Source of the DNA: Candidatus Aegiribacteria sp.
Lineage (GTDB): Bacteria > Fermentibacterota > Fermentibacteria > Fermentibacterales > JCC-6
Length of the DNA stretch: 64,000 nt
Assembly: GCA_030620995.1 (NCBI GenBank)
Contig: JAUXIK010000002.1
Span: 23,903 to 87,902, forward strand
Reading direction: 5' to 3'
This document shows positions 28,646-37,751 of the stretch, one piece after another. The position numbers were made by a program, and so were the translations under genes. The number at the start of each line of letters is the position of its first letter. Positions within the stretch are counted from its first letter, which is position 1. The notes below the pieces were generated by a model. That model did no database searches. It was not told the DNA's origin and saw only the letters and a program-made list of their open reading frames with translations.

Positions 28646-31513
28646 ATGAGCATAAAAACTCTTTATGAGGGTCATTACAGAGCGCTTGAGAAAGATTTTC
28701 TCGAACTTGCCGGGGAAATCCTCGCGAGTGGTGAACAGCTGACCGTTGTTGCCGCGGGAAGCGGACAGCTGGACAGACTGCGTGAGCTTCTTCTTTCGGT
28801 AACAGCCGAAGGAATCATTGGCGGGGTGAAGTTCCTTCCTGGCATCAGGCATCTTGCTTCCGAACTAAGTGCTGTGCCCATGGTTATGGAGACTGTAAGC
28901 CACGCTGACAGGACTCTTTTCACTCTGCGGGCAATGGAAGCGATCGAGCCGGGTGAACCTCTCTACTATCTCAGGAAAAATTCAGAAACAGCTCATTCTA
29001 TGGGAACATTTTTCGAAAACCTCTTTGAACATGGAGTTACTCCCGAGATATATGAGCAGACTTCCCTTTCGCTTTCGGGGGAACAGACGAAAACAGAAAT
29101 CGTTATCGGAAGAGTATTCGGCAATTACAGCGCATATCGCAGAGAGCGTTATACATGCTGTGGAGATATGATAATGGAACAGTTACTTCCACATGAAGAA
29201 GCGGGAGCAATTGTTTTTTACGGCTTTTATGATCTCAATCCCGCTCAGAGGCGATTTCTCAAACGATTCTTTGATCATAGCTCAAGAATATTCTGGTTCA
29301 GTCCACTGGAAGAGAACTCTCAGTGGAATAAGGTTTATACCAGAACCAGGAAATTACTTGAAAATCAAGGTATTGCTTCAATCAGGATGCCTGGAGGAAG
29401 GGAAGCCATGAACCCCTTCGCGAATTTCTTCGAAGCTCTTCCCGGGCAATCCCGTCCATCAGTACCCGCTGATGGTTTACATATTACGGCTGTTTCCGGA
29501 GAAATGGGCGCTTCAAGGGCGGCGCTGAAGCGTATCATCGAACTTAATGCAAAGCATAATATCCCATTTTCAGAAATAGCTGTGATCCGAAGAAAAATCG
29601 CGGGTGACAGTCTTGTGTTTCTTGCTCATCATGAAGGTGTTCCGACCGCTTGTTCCCTTAAAGTAAAACTGTCCACAGTGCCTGCGGGGAAATTTGTGCT
29701 TGATCTGGCGCGTATCGATGAGGGAGACTTTCACTATACTCTGATTGAAGAGATTCTATCCAGTGGTATTATTACAGATGATCTTAATCCCGGCCCGTCA
29801 GAAATCGTCGGAATTGTGGAAACAAGTGGAATCCGCATGGGACGCGAACACTGGCGGGATTGGTTCATCACCCTCGATAGCGGCAACAAATCAGGCAGAC
29901 TTATGCGGAAACTGGATGGCTTTTATTGTGGTCTTCCGGATATGGCGGCTCCCGTTGATTATCTCAACCGGTTGAAAGCCCTTGTGGAAGACATATCAGC
30001 AGGAGGGCTGCCGTCAGAACTGATGGAAGCTCTCTTTGACCCGAACAGCTTCCGCTGGGATCAAGAAATTTCATGGAAACAGTTCACAGATGCTCTTCGA
30101 TTGTATTACCAGGAAGAGATCATTGTCCTGAGAGAAGGCTCCCGGCATGGTTTTCAGATTCTCACGATAGAGAAGGCGAGGGGAAGTGTCTTCAGCAGTG
30201 TGATACTGATGGATCTTGAAGAGGGAGTTTATCCCAGGCCTTCAATTGAGGATCCTCGCCTCAGCGATGAACTTCGTAAAAAACTGCAGATGACTTTGAA
30301 ATCCGAAAGAGAAATTGAGGATGGATATCTGCTCAGGCAGGCAGGAGAAGCTGCCGGCAGAACATTGGATATAATTTACCGGCAGAGGGATGCTGCGGGA
30401 AGTGAAATATATCCATCTTCATTCATCTCAAATCTTGTTACAATCGATTCCGGCTATTCTCCGAATCCTGCATGGTTCAGTGTGAGTTCTTCTTCAGCGG
30501 TGGAGCAGATGCTTGGCGGAACGCATCAGGGGCAACAGAAAGCTCTTGCGGCAGACGGCGGGAATCTGCCCGGAAGCCATTTCTTTGCCAGTTCTTTCAA
30601 GGCAGAGAATTCACGGATGGATTCCGGAGGTTTTGACTGTTATGACGGCATCTTCGAGATATCTCCTTTCCGAAAGCATGTGTATACAGCAACCATGCTT
30701 GAGAGTTACGTAAAATGTCCATTCGCTTATCTTGCTGAAAAGGCGTGGAAACTGAAAGAGAGAAAAATGCCGCTAGTGAGCAGCTCTCCCGATTCCCGCC
30801 TTACAGGTAAAATCGTACATGAAGCAGTTGAGGAAATAATCAGCATATATGGTTTCAAACCTGCCGATGATGACATAATCAATATTCTCCGCCGGGAAGC
30901 TGACAGATCTGATCTGGAAAAGAAACTCGGAAACTCTTATCTCGAGGAGTTCTTTCTGGAGAAGCAGAAGGAGATCATCCGCGCGAGTCTGGATGTTCTT
31001 GCTGCTGAGGAATGGAAGTTCATCGCCAGGGAAGCAGATATGCAGGGGAAAATAGGCAACCTGGATATCTGCGGCAGGATTGATCTTATTCTTGAGGATA
31101 AGAGCGGAAATCTGGTTGTGCTTGATCTGAAGACAGGAAAACTTCCATCGAAAAAAGAAATTGAAAAAGGGAAGTATTACCAGCTTCCATTCTATTACCA
31201 GATGACTAAAGACAGCTACCCCGGTAAGAATATTTCAAAGGTAACTTATGCCGGTATTTCAGCGAGGGAACCGGGCAGACTGGTTGGTTATTCCGGTGAT
31301 GGTATTGAGCAGATTATGGATACCGTGCAGAGGAATTTCGAGCGAATAGCTAAAATGATGCAGGAAGGTATTTTTCCGCCGATTTCAACCGGAAACTGCG
31401 ATTACTGCAACTTCAAAAACCTGTGCAGAAGAACCCCATCTCAGAGGATAGAAACTAAAGCTGTCTCTGACAGCAGAGTGGAACTGCTCAGCGGGATGAT
31501 GAGCAAGCAATGA
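28646..31513 (+). CDS. AddB-type helicase-nuclease subunit (PD-(D/E)XK nuclease with Fe-S staple cysteines)
   Basis: C-terminal GRIDLILED...VVLDLKTGK, YYQLPFYY, and Cys pattern KCPFAY...GNCDYCNFKNLC. No intact Walker A. Confidence 0.8.
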   Translation: MSIKTLYEGHYRALEKDFLELAGEILASGEQLTVVAAGSGQLDRLRELLLSVTAEGIIGGVKFLPGIRHLASELSAVPMVMETVSHADRTLFTLRAMEAIEPGEPLYYLRKNSETAHSMGTFFENLFEHGVTPEIYEQTSLSLSGEQTKTEIVIGRVFGNYSAYRRERYTCCGDMIMEQLLPHEEAGAIVFYGFYDLNPAQRRFLKRFFDHSSRIFWFSPLEENSQWNKVYTRTRKLLENQGIASIRMPGGREAMNPFANFFEALPGQSRPSVPADGLHITAVSGEMGASRAALKRIIELNAKHNIPFSEIAVIRRKIAGDSLVFLAHHEGVPTACSLKVKLSTVPAGKFVLDLARIDEGDFHYTLIEEILSSGIITDDLNPGPSEIVGIVETSGIRMGREHWRDWFITLDSGNKSGRLMRKLDGFYCGLPDMAAPVDYLNRLKALVEDISAGGLPSELMEALFDPNSFRWDQEISWKQFTDALRLYYQEEIIVLREGSRHGFQILTIEKARGSVFSSVILMDLEEGVYPRPSIEDPRLSDELRKKLQMTLKSEREIEDGYLLRQAGEAAGRTLDIIYRQRDAAGSEIYPSSFISNLVTIDSGYSPNPAWFSVSSSSAVEQMLGGTHQGQQKALAADGGNLPGSHFFASSFKAENSRMDSGGFDCYDGIFEISPFRKHVYTATMLESYVKCPFAYLAEKAWKLKERKMPLVSSSPDSRLTGKIVHEAVEEIISIYGFKPADDDIINILRREADRSDLEKKLGNSYLEEFFLEKQKEIIRASLDVLAAEEWKFIAREADMQGKIGNLDICGRIDLILEDKSGNLVVLDLKTGKLPSKKEIEKGKYYQLPFYYQMTKDSYPGKNISKVTYAGISAREPGRLVGYSGDGIEQIMDTVQRNFERIAKMMQEGIFPPISTGNCDYCNFKNLCRRTPSQRIETKAVSDSRVELLSGMMSKQ

Positions 31514-34500
31514 ACGTAAAACAGAACCCATCCGATATGAAGGCAAGAGAGATAATCCGCGCTGAGACTAATAAAAATGTGCTTATTCAGGCCAGCGCCG
31601 GCACCGGGAAAACAACTCTTATTGTTGACAGGGTCATGGAACTCTTGAGGATCGGAATCCCGCTTGAGAAACTCGCCGTTGTGACTTTCACAAATGCTGC
31701 GGCAGCAGAGCTGCGCTCCCGAATGAGAGAAAAACTGCGCTCAATGAAGAACTCAGGAGAAAAGCAGTTCGATGAAGCACTTGCAGCAATTTCTGGAGCG
31801 TGGATTACTACTATACACGGCTTTGCGTCAAGAGTGCTCAGGGAGTATTTCAATTTTACCGGAGTAGATCCTGCCTTCACAACAACGGAGGGACATTTCA
31901 CTCCATCCGAGATAATGCGTGAATGGGATGCATGGCTTCTCCGGCTTGACAGGGAAAAATTCAGGGACAGTAAAGATGCCCTGATTCAGACAGGTACTGA
32001 CAGGCAGCTTGAAATTGCTCGTGGAATAGAAGAGCGCCGATGGCTGGTTTCAATTGACAATATAGGAGACAGGACTGCAGCCCTTTCAATTATGGATACT
32101 TTCGAGGAAAAGCATGGATCCGCAATCGAAGAGATTCTTGATGAATGTATCGATCATTCCGACAGACTGTTCAGGAACGGGGCGGAATTCATGGCGGGAT
32201 TGAAGAACCTTCGAGAGAATCTTTCAGATGGCAATTACGAGGAAGTCACCAACCTGTGTTCTGTCATCAAACTCAATTCAGGAAGCGGGAGGAACTGGGC
32301 TGACAAGGACAGGGCAAAAGCAGTTCTTCGCGAAGCGAGAGAAGAATTCATGAAAATTGCTCCGGTCCTTAAATCAGGTAAAATCACCGAACAGACGTGG
32401 AATTTTGCCGGCTCCTTCGCAAAGGAGCTTCGCGGCAAATGGGACAGTGACAGAAGCAGGCTGTCCTACAATGACTTGCTTTATACCGCATGGAAAGCGA
32501 TTTCCAGCAGCGGTATGCTGGCCGGCTGTCTTTCAAAGAAATTCGATCATATACTGATAGATGAGTTCCAGGATACCAGTTCGGATCAGGTCAATCTTTT
32601 TACCGCATTCATTCAGCAGGCCGGTATGCTTCCTGAGGGCAGAATCACTATCGTCGCGGATGACAAACAATCCATCTACGGCTGGCGAAACGCGGATATA
32701 GAAACCTATCGCGATTTCAGAGAGAAACTTGAAAGCAGTGGCGCCGTTGAAGAGACGATTACCACTAATTTCAGGAGCAGCAGAAAGATAGTCCGCTTTG
32801 TAAACACCTTCGGAGCAGAGCTGTTTGAAAGACAAACGCCTGAAGAGGAAGTATTCGGGTGTAACTATTCACCGATAGAATCCTGCCCTGAAGCGACCGA
32901 AGGTGTTCCTGTAAAAATTGCAATCCTCCCCGACCTGCCGGATAATCTGAGGGGCAGATACCGTGAACCAGCCTACAAAACCATACTGCAGGCAGAGTGG
33001 TTTGCCGCTTATCTCAAAAGCGGATTTGCCGATGGCGAATCTCCCGGAGATTACGCCCTGCTCATGCGGTCGGCAACTCACCTCCACCATTTTGTTAACG
33101 TACTGGAAAGAGCGGGTATCCCTTATTTTGTGGATGCTACAAGAGATTTTCGCGTACGTCCGGAAATTACCGATCTGAAGGAACTGATAAGATGTTTGCT
33201 CTACCAGAACGATATGCTCGCGTGGGTTCATTCCCTGCGTTCGCTGTTCTTCGGGATATCGGATCCTGTTATCAACACTGCGATTCAAAATGGTACAACA
33301 GGATACATAATTGAGAAACAGAACTGTCCCGAGGAAGTGCTTCAGGCAAACATATGCCTCAGAAGATTCAGGGAATCGATTATGACTCTTTCTCTTGCTG
33401 ACTTCCTCTTTGAACTGTTCTTCCAGACGGAAATGATTCCAGTGATCCGGGCTACCTCGTATCAGGAGATCCGGAGACTTGGTAATCTGCAGTACATTCT
33501 GGAGCAGGCCCTGTCAGGGAATATTACATCCTGTTCGGAGTTACTTGGTTTTCTGGATGAGAATCTTTCTCCCGCAAGGACAGAAGAACCATCAAATGTT
33601 CCGTCTGACGGCAGCGCGGTAACACTGACCACAATTCACAGGGCAAAAGGTCTGGCATGGAAGCACGTTGTTCTGGCCGCTTTGACGAAAAGCAGTTCCG
33701 GACGAGCGGGTTCCGGAACGACAGTCATCTCCTATGATCACGATGAGATAGCAGCGTTCAATCTTGGTATACCCATGGACAGGAAAAATAAATACAAGCT
33801 GAAAACACCCTTCTGGCCGGAAATAACACAGAAGAACAGAGCAAGGGAAAGCGCGGAGTTGAGAAGACTTCTGTATGTATCAGTAACCAGACCGAGGGAA
33901 TCTCTGGTTCTGTTTGCAAGCCCTGTGGAGAAACCCGGCAGCTCCCCCGCGAGCATACTGTGGTCAAGCCTGCAGGCGGCAATTGAAAAGGATCCCGAGT
34001 GCTGCGTAATTGAAGAGATGGAACAAGTGGATGAACTGCCTTTCATCAAAGCCGTTGGATCGAGCGCTGTAATGAGCGGAAATTATTCCGTTAACGAAGA
34101 ACAACTGTTTGAAGTTCAGATGAAACCGGAAAACTGGCAGCGAAGAGGAGCCAGAATAGGTGATGATGTTCACGCCGTTCTGAATAAAATCGACTTCTCC
34201 GATCCCCTCGGCTGGTTTGCGGAACATGACAGTATTCTAAAAAAAATGTATGGTGATGACTTTGATGAAATCAGGGAACTGTCATTGAAACTGTTCCAGA
34301 TGGAACTTCCTTTCAGTATTGAACAATCGCTCGTAATCAGCAGAGAATATCCATACATTGCAAGCACATGTAACGGACTGGAAAAACGGTACGTCGATCT
34401 CCTGCTGAAAATTGATAATGAACTTGTTATCGTGGACTATAAGACAGATACATTTGACGGAAGAACCACGGAGCAGGTCGCGGAGCAGTATATCGAGAAG

Positions 34501-34635
34501 CAGCGGCAATACATTCAGGATGTTTCCAGAATATTTGGTATGCCTGCGAGGGGTTACCTTGTCTTCTTAAGAGAAGGAACAGTTTTCAGCGTTAGGGGAC
34601 ATGCACGCTCTGGTGCGTGTCCCCAAAAAACTTAG
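31510..34635 (+). CDS. AddA-type UvrD/REP helicase-nuclease subunit
   Basis: ATGA overlap with the addB-like gene. Contains ASAGTGKTT, ILIDEFQDTS, TIHRAKGL, VSVTRPRESL and the C-terminal nuclease VIVDYKTD. The last 13 codons and the stop lie inside the repeat array. Confidence 0.85.
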   Translation: MNVKQNPSDMKAREIIRAETNKNVLIQASAGTGKTTLIVDRVMELLRIGIPLEKLAVVTFTNAAAAELRSRMREKLRSMKNSGEKQFDEALAAISGAWITTIHGFASRVLREYFNFTGVDPAFTTTEGHFTPSEIMREWDAWLLRLDREKFRDSKDALIQTGTDRQLEIARGIEERRWLVSIDNIGDRTAALSIMDTFEEKHGSAIEEILDECIDHSDRLFRNGAEFMAGLKNLRENLSDGNYEEVTNLCSVIKLNSGSGRNWADKDRAKAVLREAREEFMKIAPVLKSGKITEQTWNFAGSFAKELRGKWDSDRSRLSYNDLLYTAWKAISSSGMLAGCLSKKFDHILIDEFQDTSSDQVNLFTAFIQQAGMLPEGRITIVADDKQSIYGWRNADIETYRDFREKLESSGAVEETITTNFRSSRKIVRFVNTFGAELFERQTPEEEVFGCNYSPIESCPEATEGVPVKIAILPDLPDNLRGRYREPAYKTILQAEWFAAYLKSGFADGESPGDYALLMRSATHLHHFVNVLERAGIPYFVDATRDFRVRPEITDLKELIRCLLYQNDMLAWVHSLRSLFFGISDPVINTAIQNGTTGYIIEKQNCPEEVLQANICLRRFRESIMTLSLADFLFELFFQTEMIPVIRATSYQEIRRLGNLQYILEQALSGNITSCSELLGFLDENLSPARTEEPSNVPSDGSAVTLTTIHRAKGLAWKHVVLAALTKSSSGRAGSGTTVISYDHDEIAAFNLGIPMDRKNKYKLKTPFWPEITQKNRARESAELRRLLYVSVTRPRESLVLFASPVEKPGSSPASILWSSLQAAIEKDPECCVIEEMEQVDELPFIKAVGSSAVMSGNYSVNEEQLFEVQMKPENWQRRGARIGDDVHAVLNKIDFSDPLGWFAEHDSILKKMYGDDFDEIRELSLKLFQMELPFSIEQSLVISREYPYIASTCNGLEKRYVDLLLKIDNELVIVDYKTDTFDGRTTEQVAEQYIEKQRQYIQDVSRIFGMPARGYLVFLREGTVFSVRGHARSGACPQKT

Positions 34636-34740
34636 CCTCTGGTGCGTGTCCCCAAAAAACTTAGCCTCTGGTGCGTGTCCCCCAAAAACCTAGCCTCTGC
34701 TGCGTGTCCCCCAAAAACCTAGCCTCTGGTGCGTGTCCCC
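34595..34740 (+). repeat. GGGGACA hairpin followed by a 29-bp tandem repeat array (4.6 units), locus 2
   Basis: GGGGACATGCAC-GCTCTG-GTGCGTGTCCCC, then CTCTGGTGCGTGTCCCC(A/C)AAAAAC(T/C)TAGC units starting at 34608, 34637, 34666, 34695 and 34724. Confidence 0.95.
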
Positions 34741-34751
34741 ACACCAAGGAT

Positions 34752-35501
34752 TTACAGCGAGCAGAATGCCGTAGCACCCTCCCAGCTCTCGGTAAGACCG
34801 GCATATTCACCGGTATCAGGATCGGTTACCCAGAGGGTACCTTCCCAGATAGTATAGATCAGGCCATCAGCCACAGCCATTTCAGTTACGCCCTGATATC
34901 CTCCTCCAAGGTCGGAATAGTCGCCGGTATGCGGGTCTACCCTGTAAAGAACATCACCCTGAACAACGTACAAAGCATTTGAACATCCCGTGATTGCTGT
35001 AGTTCCGGAGTATGAGGATGGAAGCTCCGTATAATTACCTGAGACAGGATCTGTTCTGTAGAGGACATCATTCTGGATAACCATCAGCGCTCCTCCGGCC
35101 CACGCGAGGAACTGTGTTCTATCGTAATCGCCGGGAATGCTTTCCCAGCCCCCATTGCCCGGGTCGACTTCGTAGATGGTTCCCGTCTGACATGCGTATA
35201 GAGAAGTTGCGCTGGCTGTTAAAGCATTAGCGCCCTCCCATGTCGATGAGAGAGATTCCCAGTTGCCATTGTCCGGATCGGCAATGTAAAGGTTATCTCC
35301 CTGAATGGCATACAGATTACCCTGACAGGATGTCAGCAGTTCCGTTCCGCTCCATGACGAGGAAAGGGAGTTCCATGTCCCATCGCTAGGGTCTACACCG
35401 TAGAGGTAATCTCCATCTACAGCATAAAGCCAGTCCGCGCTTACGACGCCGGATGAAAGCATCAGCGCCGCAGCAAGAATGATGAATATCCGTTTTTTCA
35501 T
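34752..35501 (-). CDS. Secreted six-repeat beta-propeller-like (lectin-like) protein
   Basis: Start moved to the ATG at 35501 (GGAG upstream, signal peptide MKKRIFIILAAALMLSSGVVSA). Six roughly 38-aa repeats with consensus LYxxxGDxLYxVDPxxGxWxxL. Confidence 0.7.
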   Translation of the reverse strand: MKKRIFIILAAALMLSSGVVSADWLYAVDGDYLYGVDPSDGTWNSLSSSWSGTELLTSCQGNLYAIQGDNLYIADPDNGNWESLSSTWEGANALTASATSLYACQTGTIYEVDPGNGGWESIPGDYDRTQFLAWAGGALMVIQNDVLYRTDPVSGNYTELPSSYSGTTAITGCSNALYVVQGDVLYRVDPHTGDYSDLGGGYQGVTEMAVADGLIYTIWEGTLWVTDPDTGEYAGLTESWEGATAFCSL

Positions 35502-35523
35502 TTTATCTCCTTCAAGAAAGTAT

Positions 35524-35611
35524 GGGGACATGCACGCTCTGGTGCGTGTCCCCCAAAAACCTGGCCTCTGCTGCGTGTCCCCCAAAAACCTGGCCTCTGC
35601 TGCATGTCCCC
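35524..35611 (+). repeat. GGGGACA hairpin plus 29-bp tandem repeats (2.6 units), locus 3
   Basis: The 30-nt hairpin is identical to the one at 34595, followed by units at 35537, 35566 and 35595. Confidence 0.95.
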
Positions 35612-35619
35612 GAATGCGA

Positions 35620-37578
35620 TTACCTGATAACCATTACTCTTGCGGTTGATACTTCGTTTCCCTGTACAAGCTGGAGGAAATACATACCGGGAACAAGGTT
35701 TGAAACATCCCAGTTCAGTGATTGCGTGCCTGCGATCTCACCCCTGAAAGGAGTCTCCACAAGCCGCCCTGTCAGGTCGAATACATTGAGTTCGGAGTGG
35801 CCGTAACCGGCTAGAGTCACTGCTGCAGCGCTACTGACGGGATTCGCAATAAGGATTCCTGTATTCTGCGGAACAACGCCACCGGATTGATCTTCGATTC
35901 CCTCTACACCCCATACAGCCATGTTGAGGGAAGGGTCTCCCATCAGATTGTAAGCCTCGAAGTAGTAGGCCGATCTTCCTCCACCGCTGTAATAGTTAAA
36001 AAGATCCAGCTTGCCTCCATTGAGGAAGCCCATTGTCATAGATTCATCTTCCTCCAGGAGCCAGCGGTACTCGCCTTTTTCCATTACATCGTCCTCAGGC
36101 CAGTAAGTGCTCGGTACCGATCCCCAGAACCAGAGACCTCCTTTGGATGGGGTTCTTGTCCAGGTTTCGCACCAGGCTGAAGTTGCTCCGGATCCATAGC
36201 TGCCTGTAAGACAGGCGTGTGAAAGAACTCCGGGGAACATCCCGTCGTTATTCAGCTGAGCGAAATGGGATGAACTGAAAGACATGTCGTCCCATGATGT
36301 AGGTGATCCGTGACCGGAGAATGTGAGCATGGAGATGCCTCCATTGATAGAGGCTATGGCATCAGACGCGTTACTTCCGTAAGTATGCGGATAAATCTTG
36401 TCATACGTGTAATCCATGGGATCGAGGTAGGTATTGATGCAGTAGTTGTGGGTGCCTTCGGAAATGTTCCACTGATCGTTGCTGGCTATCCAGCATGTAT
36501 TCTGTACCCAGGAAGTGAATCCATTTACGTTCTGTTCATACTCTACCGGTCTGTTGGCCATTACTTCAATCTGTTCAGCTGTTCTTACGGAGAACCTTCC
36601 AATGAAGGCATCAGGAAAATAGCCGCCGTCATCAAGACAGACGTAGTGGAGATCGGTAATACCGCTGTACCTTACAGCGATGTTTCCGGGAAGATACATC
36701 GTATCTCCTACCAGAAGCACATACACAGGCGGATCTGTCCAGTTTTCAATCGCGTCGAGGATATAGGCTTCTATCTCCTGATATGTACTGCCGGTAACAC
36801 TCAGATCGACAAGTGTCACATCAAAACCGAGGCTTTCCTTCCAGGCGATGAAATTGTCAAGATCGGTTCCCAGAAAGTTTTCGTGGCTGATAATGAGATA
36901 AGGCGCAGGATAAGTTTTGCAGTCAGTTTCGAAAAGACCATAGTTGGATAACATGCTTGAGAATATCTGCTCAAAGGGTGGAGTATAGTATCGAGCAGCC
37001 CTTTCATAGCTTTCTGCGAGATCGCCGCCTTCGTACGAAAGCATGATTGTTGCTTCAGAAAGAAGATCACAGGAATTGTCAGCAGGGTTCCAGCGAAGAG
37101 GAAGAACCTCGACGAGGGCAAGATTGCGTCCGCGCATATGTCCAGCATAGACTACTCTTACCCAGCTTTCAGGGAAAGTTCTGCCGGTGCTGTAGATACT
37201 TTCATCAAGTTCCATCGTGAAGCTCTCGCGAGGTTCGCTCTTGGATGCGGACAGAATTCCCGGTTCAATAGGCCATGGAGGTCCATCCAGAGTGAGAATG
37301 GTTTCATCCTTTATGGAAAACTCGATTGTTGCGCCAACCGGAATCTCAAGCCAGGTTCTGTAAACAGGTACCCTCGGCATTGAGAAATCGCTTATGGTTT
37401 CCGCTCCATCCATCGATATGACCGAGTAATTGTCTCCCCTGATATTGATTGCAGTGAAGTCAGGTTGTGGAGCCGATAATTCAAGAATGATTCCATCTGT
37501 TGAGGATTCTATTGTAGATATACCGGAAGCCAGAACTGCTCCGGAAATGATTATCAAAAGACAAAGCAGTGTTTTCAT
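35620..37578 (-). CDS. Peptidase C25 (gingipain-like cysteine protease) with T9SS-type CTD
   Basis: Signal peptide MKTLLCLLIIISGAVLASG. Contains LLVGDT, TFSGHGS (His), LSHACLTG (Cys). CTD ends FDLTGRLV...GMYFLQLVQGNEVSTARVMVIR. Confidence 0.85.
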   Translation of the reverse strand: MKTLLCLLIIISGAVLASGISTIESSTDGIILELSAPQPDFTAINIRGDNYSVISMDGAETISDFSMPRVPVYRTWLEIPVGATIEFSIKDETILTLDGPPWPIEPGILSASKSEPRESFTMELDESIYSTGRTFPESWVRVVYAGHMRGRNLALVEVLPLRWNPADNSCDLLSEATIMLSYEGGDLAESYERAARYYTPPFEQIFSSMLSNYGLFETDCKTYPAPYLIISHENFLGTDLDNFIAWKESLGFDVTLVDLSVTGSTYQEIEAYILDAIENWTDPPVYVLLVGDTMYLPGNIAVRYSGITDLHYVCLDDGGYFPDAFIGRFSVRTAEQIEVMANRPVEYEQNVNGFTSWVQNTCWIASNDQWNISEGTHNYCINTYLDPMDYTYDKIYPHTYGSNASDAIASINGGISMLTFSGHGSPTSWDDMSFSSSHFAQLNNDGMFPGVLSHACLTGSYGSGATSAWCETWTRTPSKGGLWFWGSVPSTYWPEDDVMEKGEYRWLLEEDESMTMGFLNGGKLDLFNYYSGGGRSAYYFEAYNLMGDPSLNMAVWGVEGIEDQSGGVVPQNTGILIANPVSSAAAVTLAGYGHSELNVFDLTGRLVETPFRGEIAGTQSLNWDVSNLVPGMYFLQLVQGNEVSTARVMVIR

Positions 37579-37751
37579 CCATTTTTCCTTCGCTTTGAGA
37601 GAGTGCATCTGAATTTGCCTGAATTAATAACGAACCCTGAAAAACAACCATAGATATTGAAATTGGTTCCTCATGTAAAGCAAACATCGAAAAGAATAGA
37701 AAAGCGGGAGAGCTGGAACTCTCCCGCATAATTGATCAGAAAGTATCAGGA

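Noticed and set aside
28439-28852. 137-aa minus-strand ORF overlapping the addB-like start
   Set aside because: It overlaps 200 nt of a well-supported gene, has no recognisable domain, and has low-complexity composition. The 28288-28645 intergenic region was also inspected for a GEMM (c-di-GMP) riboswitch upstream of the GGDEF gene, and none was recognisable.
34591-34624. Integron attC-like site (GTTAGGG core next to an imperfect palindrome flanking a single-gene cassette)
   Set aside because: GTTAGGG does not fit GTTRRRY at the last position. No intI integrase or attI is nearby, and the hairpin lacks the extrahelical-base architecture I would expect. It is kept only as a REP-like repeat.
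34595-34740. Possible CRISPR array (regularly spaced roughly 29-bp repeats)
   Set aside because: The units abut head to tail with no unique spacers. Only 2.6-4.6 units are present, and no cas genes or leader are in the window. It is a tandem repeat, not a CRISPR array.
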